Source: Rhynchobatus australiae
Taxonomy: Eukaryota
Assembly: GCA_034780895.1 (NCBI GenBank)
Contig: JAUZTB010000135.1
Span: forward strand, 40,943,145-41,007,144
Direction: 5' to 3'
DNA: 64,000 nt
Of the stretch, positions 1 through 12,667 are shown piece by piece (the stretch's first letter is position 1; every line of letters starts with the position of its first letter). The notes beneath the pieces were generated by a model. It saw only the letters and a program-made list of their open reading frames with translations. It was not told the origin of the DNA and did not search any database. Both the position numbers and the translations under genes were made by a program.

Positions 1-209
1 GAGGACATAAAAGTTGTTATAAATAGTTGGGGATCTTCAACTTCAACTCAAAAAATCCAGCCTGATCAAATTGATTACATTAAGTGATTAGAACCTTGCA
101 ACTGTTTTTAGAAAAACCTTTTCTAGAATTGTTGAATTTGTTATATTAAGTGATTTGCCCATTCAGATGAATGTTGCTGATAAGAGCATGCTACTTTACC
201 AGAGATTAT

Positions 210-420
210 TTATCTCAGCTGATCTAAGGAATTCCATGAAGGTTCCGTGAAGAAGCATGAAGAGTTCTACTGAGATCTGTCCAAAGCTCATCAGTTCTGA
301 AATAGTAATTTATCTGAATGATCTTCATGGGACTTCCTATGTACAAATTGGTCAATGGATTTGCCTACACTAAATGTGACCATAAAATGTTCTGAGATGA
401 TTTTACCTTATGAAATCAAG
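210..420 (+). mobile_element. Highly decayed DeuSINE-like (SacSINE1/AmnSINE1-related) fragment
   Basis: GGGACTTCCTATGTACAAATTGGTC resembles the GGGAGCTTGCTGTGCGCAAATTGGCTG motif better preserved at 4890-5162 and 45645-45925. Confidence 0.35.
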
Positions 421-1077
421 TATGATCTCTGTATGGGTTACATTATCTACAGTAGTACTGGGTGGTCACAGAGAGTATAAATACAGCTTAGCGGAAGAGA
501 GTTAAATTTCCTCTCTGTCACCAAGTCAACTAACATAATGCCTATGAAATTTAGAATTGTCACTATCAGTTTATTGTCATCAGGAATCTGAGCTTAACCA
601 TCACCCAAACTGTCATTTCAGTTTCTGTGCTTTGAGTTGCGATCTTACTGCAATTTATTAATCATTCCATGGAAAAACATTTTTAGATGGTGTACAAAAA
701 ATGTACCATGACTTCAGTTTTCAGTTGCTTGTTGGTGCCAAGCAATTGTTTTGAGGATCATTTGAACTATGGCCTCTCCATCCTTAAAGTTAGCAGGAGA
801 ACATTCTTCTGTGACACTGAAGGCTCTCCAGAGCAGTTCTTGACCTGAACAGTAAAAACTATTTTATGCATCGTTTACTCCCTGGTACCTGACTCAACTG
901 CTCATTTTTCAGGTGTGAGTTAACACACAAACCATTGACAGATTATTAAGCAATGGGGATATCAGACACCTGTCCAACCACTCCTTATAGAAAAAAAACA
1001 CTGAGTGTACAAAGCTAAACCTTTTCCTCAACTTATAGAATCATTCAGCATGTACTTTGTAATGAAATAAAACACTT

Positions 1078-1362
1078 TGGCAGCACAATGTCACAGCTAG
1101 TACCTCACAGCTCCAGTCCCGATCTCTAGTGCTGACTATGAAGAGTTTTCACTTTCTGCTTATGACTGTTGGGTTTTATTCAGGGTGCTCCAGTTTCCTC
1201 CCAATTCCCAAAGACATGGAGGTTGATAGGTTAACTGGCAACTAAGAATTGCCCCTAGTATGGTCGAATTTGGGGGAATTAATGGGAATGTGGGGAAAAA
1301 TACATGCTTGATGACTCTCACAGTGGACCAAAGAGCCAGTTTCTGTGCTGTAGGTTTCTGTG
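1078..1362 (+). mobile_element. tRNA-derived V-SINE (HE1-like) with CR1/HER1-type 3' tail
   Basis: V-domain-like GGGTGCTCCAGTTTCCTCCCA; head GGCAGCACAATGTCACAGCT; tail GGACCAAAGAGCCAGTTTCTGTGCTGTA similar to CR1 3' ends in the window. Confidence 0.8.
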
Positions 1363-1422
1363 CCTCTGGTATGGACAGAAGAGAGGGGCCTACTGTTCTC
1401 AGTCATTCTACTATTGACAGTA

Positions 1423-2210
1423 CATAGAACATAGAACAAATCAACACAGGAAAAGGCCCTTCGGCCCACGATGTCTACGCCAACACGATGCCAAATTAAA
1501 CAAAATCTCTTCTGCCTGTACACGATCTGTATCCCTCCATTCCCTGCATATTCATGTCTCTAACAGCCTCTTAAACACCACAGTCATATTTGCTTCCACC
1601 ACCACCTCTGGCAGTCCATTCCAGGCACCTATCACTCTCTGTGTAAAAGAATTTGTCCTGCACATCTCCTTTAAACTTTCCCCCTCTCACCTCAAATGTA
1701 TGTTCTTTAGTATTTGACATTTCTACCCCTGGGAAAAAGCTTCTGCCCATCTACCCTATCTATGCCTCTCATAATTTTATAAACTTCTATCAGGTCTCCC
1801 CTTAGCCTCTGATACTCCAGAGCAAACAAACCAAGTTCATCCAACCTCTGCTTGTAGCTCATACCCTCTAATCCAGGCAGGATCCTGGTAAATCTCCTCT
1901 GCACCATTTCCAAAGCTTCCACATCCTTCCTGTGGACCAGTATTGCACACAATACTCCAAAGGCAGCCTAACCAAAGATTTTTATAGCTGCAACATGACT
2001 TTCTTACTCTTATACTCAAGGCCACAACCAATGAAAGTAAGCATGCCTTAAGTCATGCTCTCTGGTTTTAGACATGTCCAATATGGGGAAAAGTTTCTCA
2101 CTATCTTCCCACCTATCTATGCCCCTCATAATGTTGTATATTTCTGTTAGGACTCCCAACATCCTTCATTCCCGGGAAAACAATCCCAACCTATCCAGTC
2201 TCTCCTCCAA
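1423..2210 (-). mobile_element. CR1/HER1 LINE 3' fragment(s)
   Basis: Minus-strand peptide RKDVEALEMVQRRFTRILPGLEGMSYKQRLDELGLFALEYQRLRGDLIEVYKIMRGIDRVD (CR1 ORF2 C-terminus); (CATAGAA)n terminal microsatellite at ~1423-1436. Confidence 0.92.
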
Positions 2211-3330
2211 ATTAATTTCATTTCAGAAATGGATGAATCTGGATATATTAAGGAGTTACAAAAATGTTTAATATTCAATAATTGGTTGATTGGGAATGTC
2301 TTTCTCTCCCTGACTGTAGAATAGTGTGACAGAACTAAGAAAGGCCTTTCCATCTAAAATTGGCATCAAAAGGATTCTTGTGTTTCTTTTCACCATGTGT
2401 GTCTGGTCAGGTCATATTTTTCCCCTAAATTATTCGGTTCAACATTTGATTCCAATGCAAACCAAAATAAATAGCATTAGTTTTGACATAGATGCACAGG
2501 GAGTTGGAAGGATGCTGTGATAACGGCATGTCAATAGCTGCAGATTTCCCAGCATTAAAGTAATCGCGAATATCGTCAGTCATATAAAAGAGCCAGAGAT
2601 ACCCCAACACAGGTCGCAAGACAGTTTGCTACAAAGCGTGTTCCATACCATGATATATACTGATCAGAACACAAGTAACTTCCCTGTCTAAAGAAATGAA
2701 CATGTGGCAAAGCAGATGTTCAAATCCCAGATTTGATATTGATGATAAGTTAAGGATGCAAGTGATTAAACCAATACTTTAGTTGTGGAAGGAAACATTA
2801 TAGATACCAAATTGTATGTTCAGTTACAGAGGGTTTATTCAATTTCATGACTAAACATTATGGCCTTGACTGTGTGGTAGTAATCAGAGAATCACAAAAA
2901 TTTAAGGAACACGAGGAGGATATTCAGCCCATTAACACTGTACCCAGTGAAACTAATAGCATTCCCCATCATTACATGGTGAAGCTGACAGTCGCTTCAG
3001 GATTTTAGGACGTAACTGGTTCAGTGCAGAAATCCCATTGTTATTTTCAGTGATTCAGTTTTGCTTTACTGGCTACACTGTTTGCTGCTTTGTCTACAAG
3101 AAACAAGGGAATTAATTGAACTGAGGAGAACTTAAGGTATTTAAAAACTGACATCTTTGTAAAATATCCTGAGAATGTAAGGTTTCGTGCATGAGATGTG
3201 GTAAATTTCCAGTGGCGTATCTGGCCATATTTTAATTACTGCTTAACATACTATCTGACTCTACAAATTAATTTTACATATGTGGATTGTAATTCACTCA
3301 GATTAATATAGTAGGCTAAATTATGCTCAC

Positions 3331-3390
3331 CTCTGACAGCAATTCCACTGGGTGTCTCCTGTTCAGTGATCAACTCGTCTGGTCCAGAAG
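3331..3390 (-). other. Candidate 60-nt phase 1-1 exon of unknown gene
   Basis: Minus strand: GTGTCTTTAG| ... GAG|GTGAGC; only one frame is open (xSGPDELITEQETPSGIAVR); no homology recognised. Confidence 0.25.
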
Positions 3391-3594
3391 CTAAAGACAC
3401 GCTAGAGGTCAGGTGCTGGCAGATGCAACCTCCTCACCCCTCCCCATCCCCAACAGTTTATTTCCATCAGTGTCACAGATTTTTCTCCTTATAATGAAAG
3501 ATCAAAAGATTGATATAAATATACAAAGTAGAACTGGGTGTGGAATGTGACAGTGAATAATTATATTGTTTTAACTAATAAAAAGTTTGAAGAA

Positions 3595-4870
3595 TATGAG
3601 GACATAAGTAAAAGAATCAGGAGGAGAGCAGTTGGACTTGTTTGCTTGTTTCACTATTCAATAAAATTTTTAACCTCAGTACTACTTCCTGCTCCCCCCA
3701 CATATCCCTTGATTCCTTTAATATCCAGAAATCTATTAATCTCTATTTTGCATATNNNNNNNNNNNNNNNNNNNNNNNNNNNNNNNNNNNNNNNNNNNNN
3801 NNNNNNCATTACCGTGTGGATAAAGAAATTTCTTCTCATCTCTGACCCTTTATTGTGAGACTGTGACCCCCCTGGTTCAGGGGCAACATCAACTATGCAC
3901 CTAACCTGTAAAAATGTTGCATCTCCCAGTGAGATCACCGTCTATGATTCTAAACACAAAGCAGTATAGGTCCAGATTTCTGCTTAATGTCTCATATAAC
4001 AAGCCCACCATCCCAGGAATCAATCTGGTGAATGTTCGCTCCACTCCCTCCTTCACAAGTGTATCCTTCCTTAGGCTGGGAAACCAGACTTGTCTATAAT
4101 ATTCTGGATGGGGTCTCACCAAGGTGCTATACAATTGGAGTAAGATGTCTCGACTTTTATGCTCAAATCCTCTTGCAAAAATGCCAATATACTGTTGGCT
4201 TCCTATTTGCTAGCTGAGGTCCTCTGAACACCAAAGCCTTTCACTTTTTCATCATTTAAATAAAACTGCACCATATTCCTGTGTTTTTTTTCCTACAAAA
4301 ATGTGATGACTTCACATTTTTCACAGTATATAAAATCTGCCATGTTCTTGCCCATTCAGTTAGTGCCTCCTTGAAGGCCCTTTGCATCCTTCACCTATAC
4401 TGTTACCTGGTTTTGTATCTCAGAAAACTTGGATATACTACACTTGATCTTTTTATCAAAATCATTGATATTGACTGTGATCAGCTAGAATGCCAGCAAC
4501 AAATTCCTGTAACACCCTTGCTAGTGATAGTCTCAGAACTTGAATGCACTATTATTCCTATAGTGTATTTTCTGTCCATTAACCAATCCTTAATCCACAC
4601 CAGTATATAACTCCAAACAACATCTGCTCTAATTTTGTTTAATAATTCCTTGTGAGACATCTTATCAAAGGTCTTCTGAAGATCCAAAGCATTACATCAA
4701 CCTGTTCACCTTATCTATTTTGCTTAGAGCATACTTACAAAATAATAGATAGATTTCCCATTCGTAAATCCATATTGACTCTGCCCAATTCTATTATTAG
4801 TTTCTATGTGTTCTGTTGCCACTTCCATGTTAATAGATTCCAGCATTTTCCCTGTTACTAATATCAAGAT
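3595..4870 (-). mobile_element. Older CR1 LINE fragment (RT to 3' end), frameshifted, gap inside
   Basis: Peptides LVRPHPEYYRQVWFPSLRKDTLVKEGVERTFTRLIPGM (3901-4134) and DLQKTFDKMSHKELLNKIRA..WIKDWLMDRK (4481-4687) match CR1 RT motifs. Confidence 0.88.
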
Positions 4871-4889
4871 AATTAGCCCTTTGCACTGT

Positions 4890-5162
4890 CTGCTCTTGCA
4901 GATGGACGTAGAAGATCCTCTAGTAATATTTCGAAGAACAACAGGGGAATTGTCCCTGATATCCTGCCTGATCTTTATTCCTCAATCAGCATCAGATTTT
5001 TCTGATCATTAATGAGATTGCCCATTGTGGGAGCTTGCTGTGCACAACCTGGCTAATGTGCTTTCCTCAATTATACAGCAACCTCAATTCAGAAAGTGTT
5101 TCACTGTCGGTAAAGTGTTTCTTGACATCCTAAGGTTATGAAAGGCTCTTTAAGATCAAGTA
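4890..5162 (+). mobile_element. DeuSINE-like element (SacSINE1/AmnSINE1-related)
   Basis: CAGATGGACGTAGAAGATCC..TTCGAAGAA..GGGGAATTGTCCC..GTGGGAGCTTGCTGTGCACAA; L2-like tail GACATCCTAAGGTTATGAAAGGC. Confidence 0.7.
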
Positions 5163-6216
5163 CATTCCTTTATCTCAGAGCTCCCATTCCAACAAACAGA
5201 TTAACAGTGAAAGACCACAGCATTTATTTGCTGCACATATGTAAAATAGTTTTTAAAACTCTGAAAATCTCTTTTTATGCACGATTTCTTATCATGCTTA
5301 AATTACAGTGAATACTTGTTAGACTACATCTCCACCAATTTGGCCACTCATTCTCATCTCAACCCCAAACTTTCTCTTCCCTCTATGAGGCATAAAGGAC
5401 AATCTGACTAGTAGGAACATAAGATAGGAGGAGGTTTTCTTGAGATTATGACTTGGTTCAATAGGAGGACTGTATATTCATTATATGATTGTGGATCAGA
5501 GCTGAAGAACTTACAGAACCAATTCAAACCAATTTAAAGCATAGAGTATGGGCAAAATTTAATGTGGGTCTTTGCTACGTAGCCCAGTACAGGCTCAGTA
5601 CTGTTATGTAATAGTTATACACACTGATAGTCTTATATGACAAAGGACCATTTGAACAAGGCTATCCAGGAGGCCTAGTGTCTGTGGAACTGTACCTAGC
5701 TCAAGTGTGTGCCTTCAGAAGATCAAACTTAAAGGGGGAGGAGGAGGTGATAAAATATGTTGTGGGTTAACTCGTAATGGTGCAAAATGGAGGATATTGA
5801 TTCAGCCATCCTATACATATCACTCTCCCTCTCAACTTCCATTGAAACCACAAACAACTGAACCTATCTAACACTATAACCCAAGATCAAAATTATTCCC
5901 AATGGTTTTACACATTTGGGGGAACAAAAGTTTGAAAGGTTACCTGGAAATTACAGAGAAATAGGATAGAATGAATGGATAGTTAATGAAGAGCTGGTGG
6001 AGAACTAGAGGGTCAAATTGGCCTCCACTCTAAATACAAAACATATGCAGGTAAAGTTGTCAAGGACCAGTGTCATTGATTTCATTTAGAGAACAGGGGT
6101 CTGGTAAACATCATTACATATAGGAGTTTGCAAGGTGTTTGTCCATGTGGCTTAGAGGTGCATATGAGCCTGAGAGGTCTCACACATTGTTGTTGAAGGC
6201 AGAGCAAATGACTTAC

Positions 6217-6449
6217 AGTTCCAAGTCTGCATCTAGTGAGAGCATGGATTTTCATCTGGCACTGATCCAGTGTCCTGAGGGAAGTACTTCCAGAGTTTAG
6301 CATTGTGGTCACCTCCTGTCAGTTGCCTTGTAGCCTTGGGTGGCTTCCTGGGCCCCATCAAAATGCATCTCCCTCCTCCTTTCCACTTCTTCCGCAAGGA
6401 TCATTCTCTGAGGAGTGGGAGCACACACCCTTCTCCCTTGCCCCTCCAT
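6217..6449 (-). mobile_element. PIF/Harbinger Myb/SANT-like gene, first-exon relic
   Basis: Frameshifted MEGQGRRVCAP..ILAEEVERRRE..RKPP..QEVTTMLNSGSTSLRTLDQCQMKIHALTR fits the WxEVAxxVNAxxxxxRTxxQCRKKxxDL pattern; ends at a GTAAGT donor. Confidence 0.6.
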
Positions 6450-8169
6450 CCTACCTCTCTGTCCTCAGGATGCAGCATCTTTCAAAATACTGCAGCATAC
6501 TCCAAAGAGCCCTTTAAGGACTGAAGCCCTAATGTTGTTTAAGGGTTGCAAAGTGCCAGCAGCTGTGCAAAATTCATTGCCTCATTGCCAAGATCTACAC
6601 TGCCTGATACATATGATAATACTGGCCAGCAACAAAACGCCAGTGGTTTTACACGGGGATTACCATCTAAGGTCACGTCTACATTGCACAGGGTGAACAG
6701 CGCAATGCTGGATTAACAACTTAACTCAGGGGCAAAGAATGTCTCAGGAATGCCTCAAATAATGATTTTTCTTTTCTTTCTGATTTGCTAGCTCTCTCCA
6801 CTTACTGAATATCTTGCAGTTCCTCAATGCGCAACCTTTGAAGGGACAGGTTCAGGAGCTGGGCATGAGAGAGAGTGTGACACATACTTGGAATATGGAG
6901 GCTGCCTGATACTAACCCTTCATTGCTAATCCTAGGCTTGTAATTAGGATAAACGGACATGAGACTAGTTTAAACTGTAAGCGTACAAAAAGCACTTTGG
7001 AGAACTTCACATTTGGCTTGCACAAACCGAAAGTCACGGTCAAACTGAGAAAATTGGAATTTAATTTTATTAATGTGATTTCTGGCAAGTATAATCTAAT
7101 AACATGAGCACATGGGCTCCTCCTGAAATGTGGATTTTGTTTAACAAGTAGCACTGATAAGAACTGGAAGATAAAAAACTGCAGAGCTGATATTTTCCGA
7201 ATGACATTTGACTTTGCTTTACTGAAGCAAGTCATCTGTTTCTGAGAATGTTAAGGTTCTCTAACTTGACAGTGATCCATATTCAGTAATTAGCTGCCAT
7301 TACTTAATTACAGATAAAACAATAATGATACTGACTGCAGCACTAAATACTGTGTGTCCGGGCGAGATTAACGTTGGAGCTGCTTTGGTGGGCCTCAACT
7401 CATTAAATTAGACCAATGTGCCCTTAAGGCAGAGGAAGTCAGCTTTGCAAATACAAGAGCCATATGACCCATTGCAGGAAAATATAATGAAAGAACCTTC
7501 TGATGTCCTTGGCAGCCACAGGAAATCATTTTCATTCACAACTATTTTCTGGCTCTATAAACAGAAACAAAGTTGACCTCAATCCACTTGGGGCTAACCT
7601 TCACTGGGGGTAGCTACTGACATCAAAGCATTCCTGCACGTGACAATAAAATGTCAGTGATAAACCAGCAACAGACACAGAGCTACATTCATTGGGTAGC
7701 TTAATTTAGAACATTGGCCTGTAGGTGCTGAGTCTTGATGTTGACATAGTTTATAGCGAAGAATTCAGAAGAGGTTTTGGCACAGTCTGCAGAATGGGAA
7801 TAGACCATCGCATTAAACAGTGGGATACACAACAATACAATCCACCAGGCCCCAGAAAAATGACAGAAAACTGATATATTAAATGGGCTGCATACAGCAG
7901 CTTTAGATGTAGTTTTTAGAGCAGGCTTATAAAGTAATCATCAAGCTGTGCTTTCTCTCATTCTCTGACTTTCTGAATTTATTCCCCCTCCCTTAATGAC
8001 AGCACCCCATGGTGGTAAAGGGTTGAATACACAGCAGTACCTTGCCCAAGAAGGCATTCTCCCTTGTGTGAGGCTGGATGCTGGGAATTAGCCATAACTA
8101 AGGTTGATTAATGTCTCCACCAGGAGATGACAATATGCACATTGTTGTCGGTTGTCACTGAGTTGTGGG

Positions 8170-8720
8170 CAAGTTGCTAATGCAAGCCATCCCTACCTCA
8201 ATGTTGCTGGTGCCAACATATCCTGCTTCAACTATAATTATTCACATCCTGCTGGCCTTAAGGACATCATTCTGTACAGACAGTTCATCCACCACATCTG
8301 TTCCGGCAATGTCACCATCCACACCAATGTTTCCTGTACATCTTCCTTCTTTTATCAGCAGTAGATTTCCCTCCATCACAGTTGACAGTTAAAGTAGTGC
8401 CTTTCCCACAAGACTGCTGGCACCCCTTGTTCCCAATCCCAGAACCATGACGAGATTCCCTTTGTCTTCTCTTTTCACCACCCTGCCATCACATTCATCT
8501 TCCATGCTTTCTGAAGTGATGATACCACCAGATAAATTTTCCTCACTCCTTTCAGAGTTCTAAAAGGAACATTCTCTCTGGGAAACTCTGGTACACTTTT
8601 CCATCTCCGTTAATATCCACCACCCCTTCTCACTGCACTTTCCCGTGCAACTGCAAGGGATGCAACATCAGCTATTCTTCCTCCTTCTTTCCTGTCATCC
8701 ACTGCTTCAAACAATCAAGA
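8170..8720 (+). mobile_element. Penelope-like retroelement ORF relic
   Basis: Degenerate DEIPFVFSFH, RNILSGKLW/SLWETLVH-like and TFPCNCKGCN pieces resembling the Penelope RT-to-GIY-YIG linker. Confidence 0.65.
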
Positions 8721-8887
8721 TTTTCATACCGTCCAAGACTGCAAGACAAAAGACCAGACTTTTAGAGTGGTCAAGAACAGATTTAGCAGAGATCTCTGGA
8801 ATAAAATCCTTCATGTGGAGATTTGAATTTTATTCTGAGTGCTCCTGGCAAAATGTTGTGAACAAATGTTAAGAAATATTGATTTAG

Positions 8888-9050
8888 TGTCACAATGTTG
8901 AGCAAAGAGCAAGCTCACAGAGAACCTAAATGCAGCACACTGGTACAAGACGGGAGTCAGGATACTTGCTCAGGACCAAACATGGGCAGCAACTGGAAGG
9001 AATCTTGCCTCAGAGATCTGAGGAGGAATCTCAACACAAACTGTATATTT
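8888..9050 (-). mobile_element. LTR copy 1 (partial, runs into gap)
   Basis: Begins TGTCACAATGTTGAGCAAAGAGCAAGCTC, closely matching copies at 31408 and 57370; strand set from a TATA-like motif seen in the 39673 copy. Confidence 0.8.
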
Positions 9051-10246
9051 NNNNNNNNNNNNNNNNNNNNNNNNNNNNNNNNNNNNNNNNNNNNNNNNNN
9101 NNNNNNNNNNNNNNNNNNNNNNNNNNNNNNNNNNNNNNNNNNNNNNNNNNNNNNNNNNNNNNNNNNNNNNNNNNNNNNNNNNNNNNNNNNNNNNNNNNNN
9201 NNNNNNNNNNNNNNNNNNAATGGGTTAATGTTGTACTGAAATAGCAGACAAAGGGATGTATTAAGCATTCATCTCCTACTGGTCCCTAGCATAATCCTCA
9301 AGCTCTAATAATCTTCAAAAGATGTGTTAGTTGGCATCAATATAGTCAATAAGTGCAGAAGAACACATACACAATGAGGTATCTTCAACAGGAATTGACC
9401 CATAATGTTTCATGTTTGGACTATTTATTGTCATTTTCACGGATGCCTCTTGAAAGTATAATCCAGAATTCCAACATTTCCATTTGTATCACCGGTCTGG
9501 TCAAGTCACTTTCAAAAACTGTTATAAGCCCAACAAGACTGGCTTCATAGTCCTGAATCCCAATTGAATCACTGAATCTGTGGGAAAAAAAAGCAAAAAA
9601 TAAACTATCAGAGGTGCTGGAAGTAATGATTCTGTTAACTTAAGCAGTGCAACTTGTTTGAATTTTGTTAAGCTAGTGTGAATGACCATGGAAATTCAAA
9701 TCAATATTTATACCAGGCATAAATCACATTTCTGCAATCATTAAGGGTACTTTATTGGGGGAGCAACATGGCTTTGGATGTGTTAAATGGCCTAAGCATA
9801 TTAACAACAAACAATCTGCTGTTGCTTCAGATTCCAGCATCAGCAGTCTTTTGTGTCTCCGAGCATATTAGCTGTCAGTTGTACGCTTCCCCTCATACTT
9901 GCTACCATTGACATCAATGGAATCAAATATTCAGGGATGATGCTCTCGCACATTTCTAGCACTCATGACCAAAGACAAATTCCTTCCTCCAGCACCTTAT
10001 TCTGTCCACAAAACTGGCCACGTCACCATCAGATTAATGAACATAACACATTTCCATTAAGTGCTGCAGTTTCTAGCCCTTTGAAGAAGCTCTTCAAATC
10101 CAGTTGCTTTCAGGTGTGAAGGCATTTTTGAGCCATCTTTTAAAAGGTTTTAAAAGTGACCAAGTACTTGAGTTGTTGATTGAGCAGACTTGTGTGCAGC
10201 ACTGCAGTATATGTTTCTGCATTTTTAAATGATTTTCAATCAATTT

Positions 10247-10540
10247 ACAAACTGCTGGAGGAACTCAGTGGNNNNNNNNNNNNNNNNNNNNNNNNNNNNN
10301 NNNNNNNNNNNNNNNNNNNNNNNNNNNNNNNNNNNNNNNNNNNNNNNNNNNNNNNNNNNNNNNNNNNNNNNACTCAGTGGATCAAGCAGCGTCTGTGGGG
10401 GGGAAGGAATTTTGTCCTGATGCAGGGTTTCAGTCGACAGTTCCTCTCCCCCCCCCCCACAGATGCTGCTTGACCCCCTGAGTTCCTCCAGCAGTTTGTT
10501 TGTTGCTCTAGATCCCAGTATCTGCAGTCTCTTGCATCTT
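10247..10540. repeat. Inverted pair of Penelope-tail fragments (hairpin-capable)
   Basis: ACAAACTGCTGGAGGAACTCAG..ATCAAGCAGCGTCTGTGGGGGG is the near reverse complement of CCCCCCACAGATGCTGCTTGA..CTGAGTTCCTCCAGCAGTTTGT; same sequence begins the Penelope tails at 20145 and 34040. Confidence 0.75.
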
Positions 10541-10837
10541 CAATTAATTTATATCAGGTGGCAGACTAGAACCTTATTTTGAAGATACAGTAATAACTAG
10601 TTTCAGCTGAATGAACAAAACTACAGCAGCCTGCACATCAAGGAATGTCCTTAATGGTAAAAGAGGTAAATAAATAAATCATTCGAAACCACTGGCCAGT
10701 TGTGTTGTTTCATGGAATATTTTGCATTTGCCATAATGCAGCTGCTTTTAAATGAAAATTTGAGCCATAATTTCATTCTGAAATCTGCAAGATTTTGATC
10801 ACGATTTTTGCCTGGGCTGCCAATCATTCCCCAAAAT

Positions 10838-10975
10838 GAACACAGAACATAGATCATAGAACAGTAGAGCACAGGAACAGGCCCTTTGGCCCATGATGTC
10901 TCCAACCATGACGCCAATCTAAACTATTCCCACCTGCCTGCACATGGTCTACATTCCACCATCCCTGCCTGATCA
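10838..10975 (-). mobile_element. CR1/HER1 3' tail
   Basis: CATAGAACAGTAGAGCACAGGAACAGGCCCTTTGGCCCA terminal motif. Confidence 0.8.
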
Positions 10976-11329
10976 AGTGAAACTCTACAAAAAATAGAAA
11001 AAGTAAATGGGAACTCATTGTTTTAGAATCGCAATAACTCCTGGACTGAAGTGGAAGAGGATTTTTGCCTGAAGCCCTCAACCAATAGCAGTCCATTTAC
11101 TACTTTTACCTTCTGTGGAATCCATGTTATGGTTCCTCAACTGTAAGCCTCCTACAGCAGGCTGGCAGCCAAATGTAAAAATTGTCAAAGCTCACAAAAA
11201 CCAAATGCCAGGAAGGCTGGCGAGCAGGTTCAGTGATTGGGATATGGCTCCCCTCCTTTACAAAATAATCATCACTATGCTGTTATTGTCACAAAATGCT
11301 ACTCCACATCCAACCTTCCAAAGTTATTG

Positions 11330-12075
11330 ATCGGTCATTCACTCACAGACCAGGCATTCTGCACCCACTTGCAACAATATCTAGATGACAATCAGGCTGA
11401 GAAGTGGCAATTAACATTTACATTGTGTTAATGTTAATGTTAATGATAGTAATGACTATCGAATGAGATGGACCGGCTACCTCCCCTTGATATTTGATAG
11501 CATTAGCATCATAAAATCCTCTATCAGCAACATCCAGGGAGGTAGTAGTTGGATTAACCACATGATTACTAACCACTGGAATATGACGAAGGCTGGATAT
11601 TTTCTAGCAAGTGATTCAGTGACTTCTCAAGGCCTTTCAAAGGCAGGAATGCGAAGGAATGCTCTCCACGTGTCAGGATACGTGCAACTCCAAAAGTTAT
11701 TAAAGAAATTGAAGTCACAGAGTCATAGGGTCATAGAGCTATACAGTATGGAAGATAGGCCCTTTGGCTCAACTCATCCATGTTGACCAAGTTTCCTAAC
11801 TGAGCTAGTCCCATTTGACTGCATTTGGCCCACATCTCTCTGAACCTTTCCTATCCATGAAATTGTCAAAATGTCCTTTAAATATCGTTATTGCACCTGC
11901 CTCTACCACTTCCTCTGGCAGCCCGTTCAATATATGTACATATAAGTTCACATAAGTTATTTGAGTACCTTCACCTCAAGAACCACAGCAATTCCAGGTG
12001 GTGGTTCATCATCACCTCCTCCAGGACAATTAGGGAACTGCGATATTTGCAAGCCGTGCCAGTGATCCCCATTAT
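11330..12075 (+). mobile_element. Old CR1/L2-group LINE relic, interrupted by a younger CR1
   Basis: Peptides AEKWQLTF and LPLIFDSISIIKSSISNI..WINHM; resumes after ~11940 with tail CATCACCTCCTCCAGGACAATTAGGG. Confidence 0.55.
11715..11940 (-). mobile_element. CR1/HER1 3' end
   Basis: (GTCATAGA)-type tail then CCCATTTGACTGCATTTGGCCCAC..CCTTTCCTATCCATG..CACCTGCCTCTACCACTTCCTCTGGCAG. Confidence 0.88.
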
Positions 12076-12209
12076 CTGCCCTGTTCCTGAAGGAGCTACC
12101 CTTACCAACTCTTGCCCCTCCTATTTCTGATCTACATGAGAAAACACGGTCTTAAATTCCATGCTGACAACACCTAGTGCTGCTCACTACTATTGATCTC
12201 ACTTCCTCT

Positions 12210-12667
12210 TTCTTTCTTTTTCAATCTTTTTTATTAGTTTTCAAATCAATACAAGTTGGTATGTAGCATCAAAGTTCGTACAAATATTACAAAGAGATCT
12301 GTATGTCACTCAAATGTTAGATAATNNNNNNNNNNNNNNNNNNNNNNNNNNNNNNNNNNNNNNNNNNNNNNNNNNNNNNNNNNNNNNNNNNNNNNNNNNN
12401 NNNNNNNNNNNNNNNNNNNNNNNNNCTAAATAAAGGAGATCTTTGATTGTTAGTAAGTATTGAAGCCATAGGTGTATAATAAATCATTTTAATCATAGAT
12501 ATAAATTTAGGAGGAAAATTAAATTTTTGAAATGTAGTAAGTAGATATTCCCATTCGACTCTGTTAAATGCCTTTTCAGCATCTAGTGAAACAACACATT
12601 CTGGAATTTGAAATGAAGGAGTATATATAATATTCATCAATCTCCTAATATTAGAATGTAAATAACG
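12210..12667 (-). mobile_element. 5'-truncated L1-clade LINE with 18-bp TSD
   Basis: RT peptide NIRRLMNIIY..VVSLDAEKAFNRVEWEYL..FNFPPKFISMIKMIYYTPMASILTN; A-rich tail with AATAAA on minus strand; TSD ATTGATCTCACTTCCTCT at 12192-12209 and 12668-12685. Confidence 0.92.
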
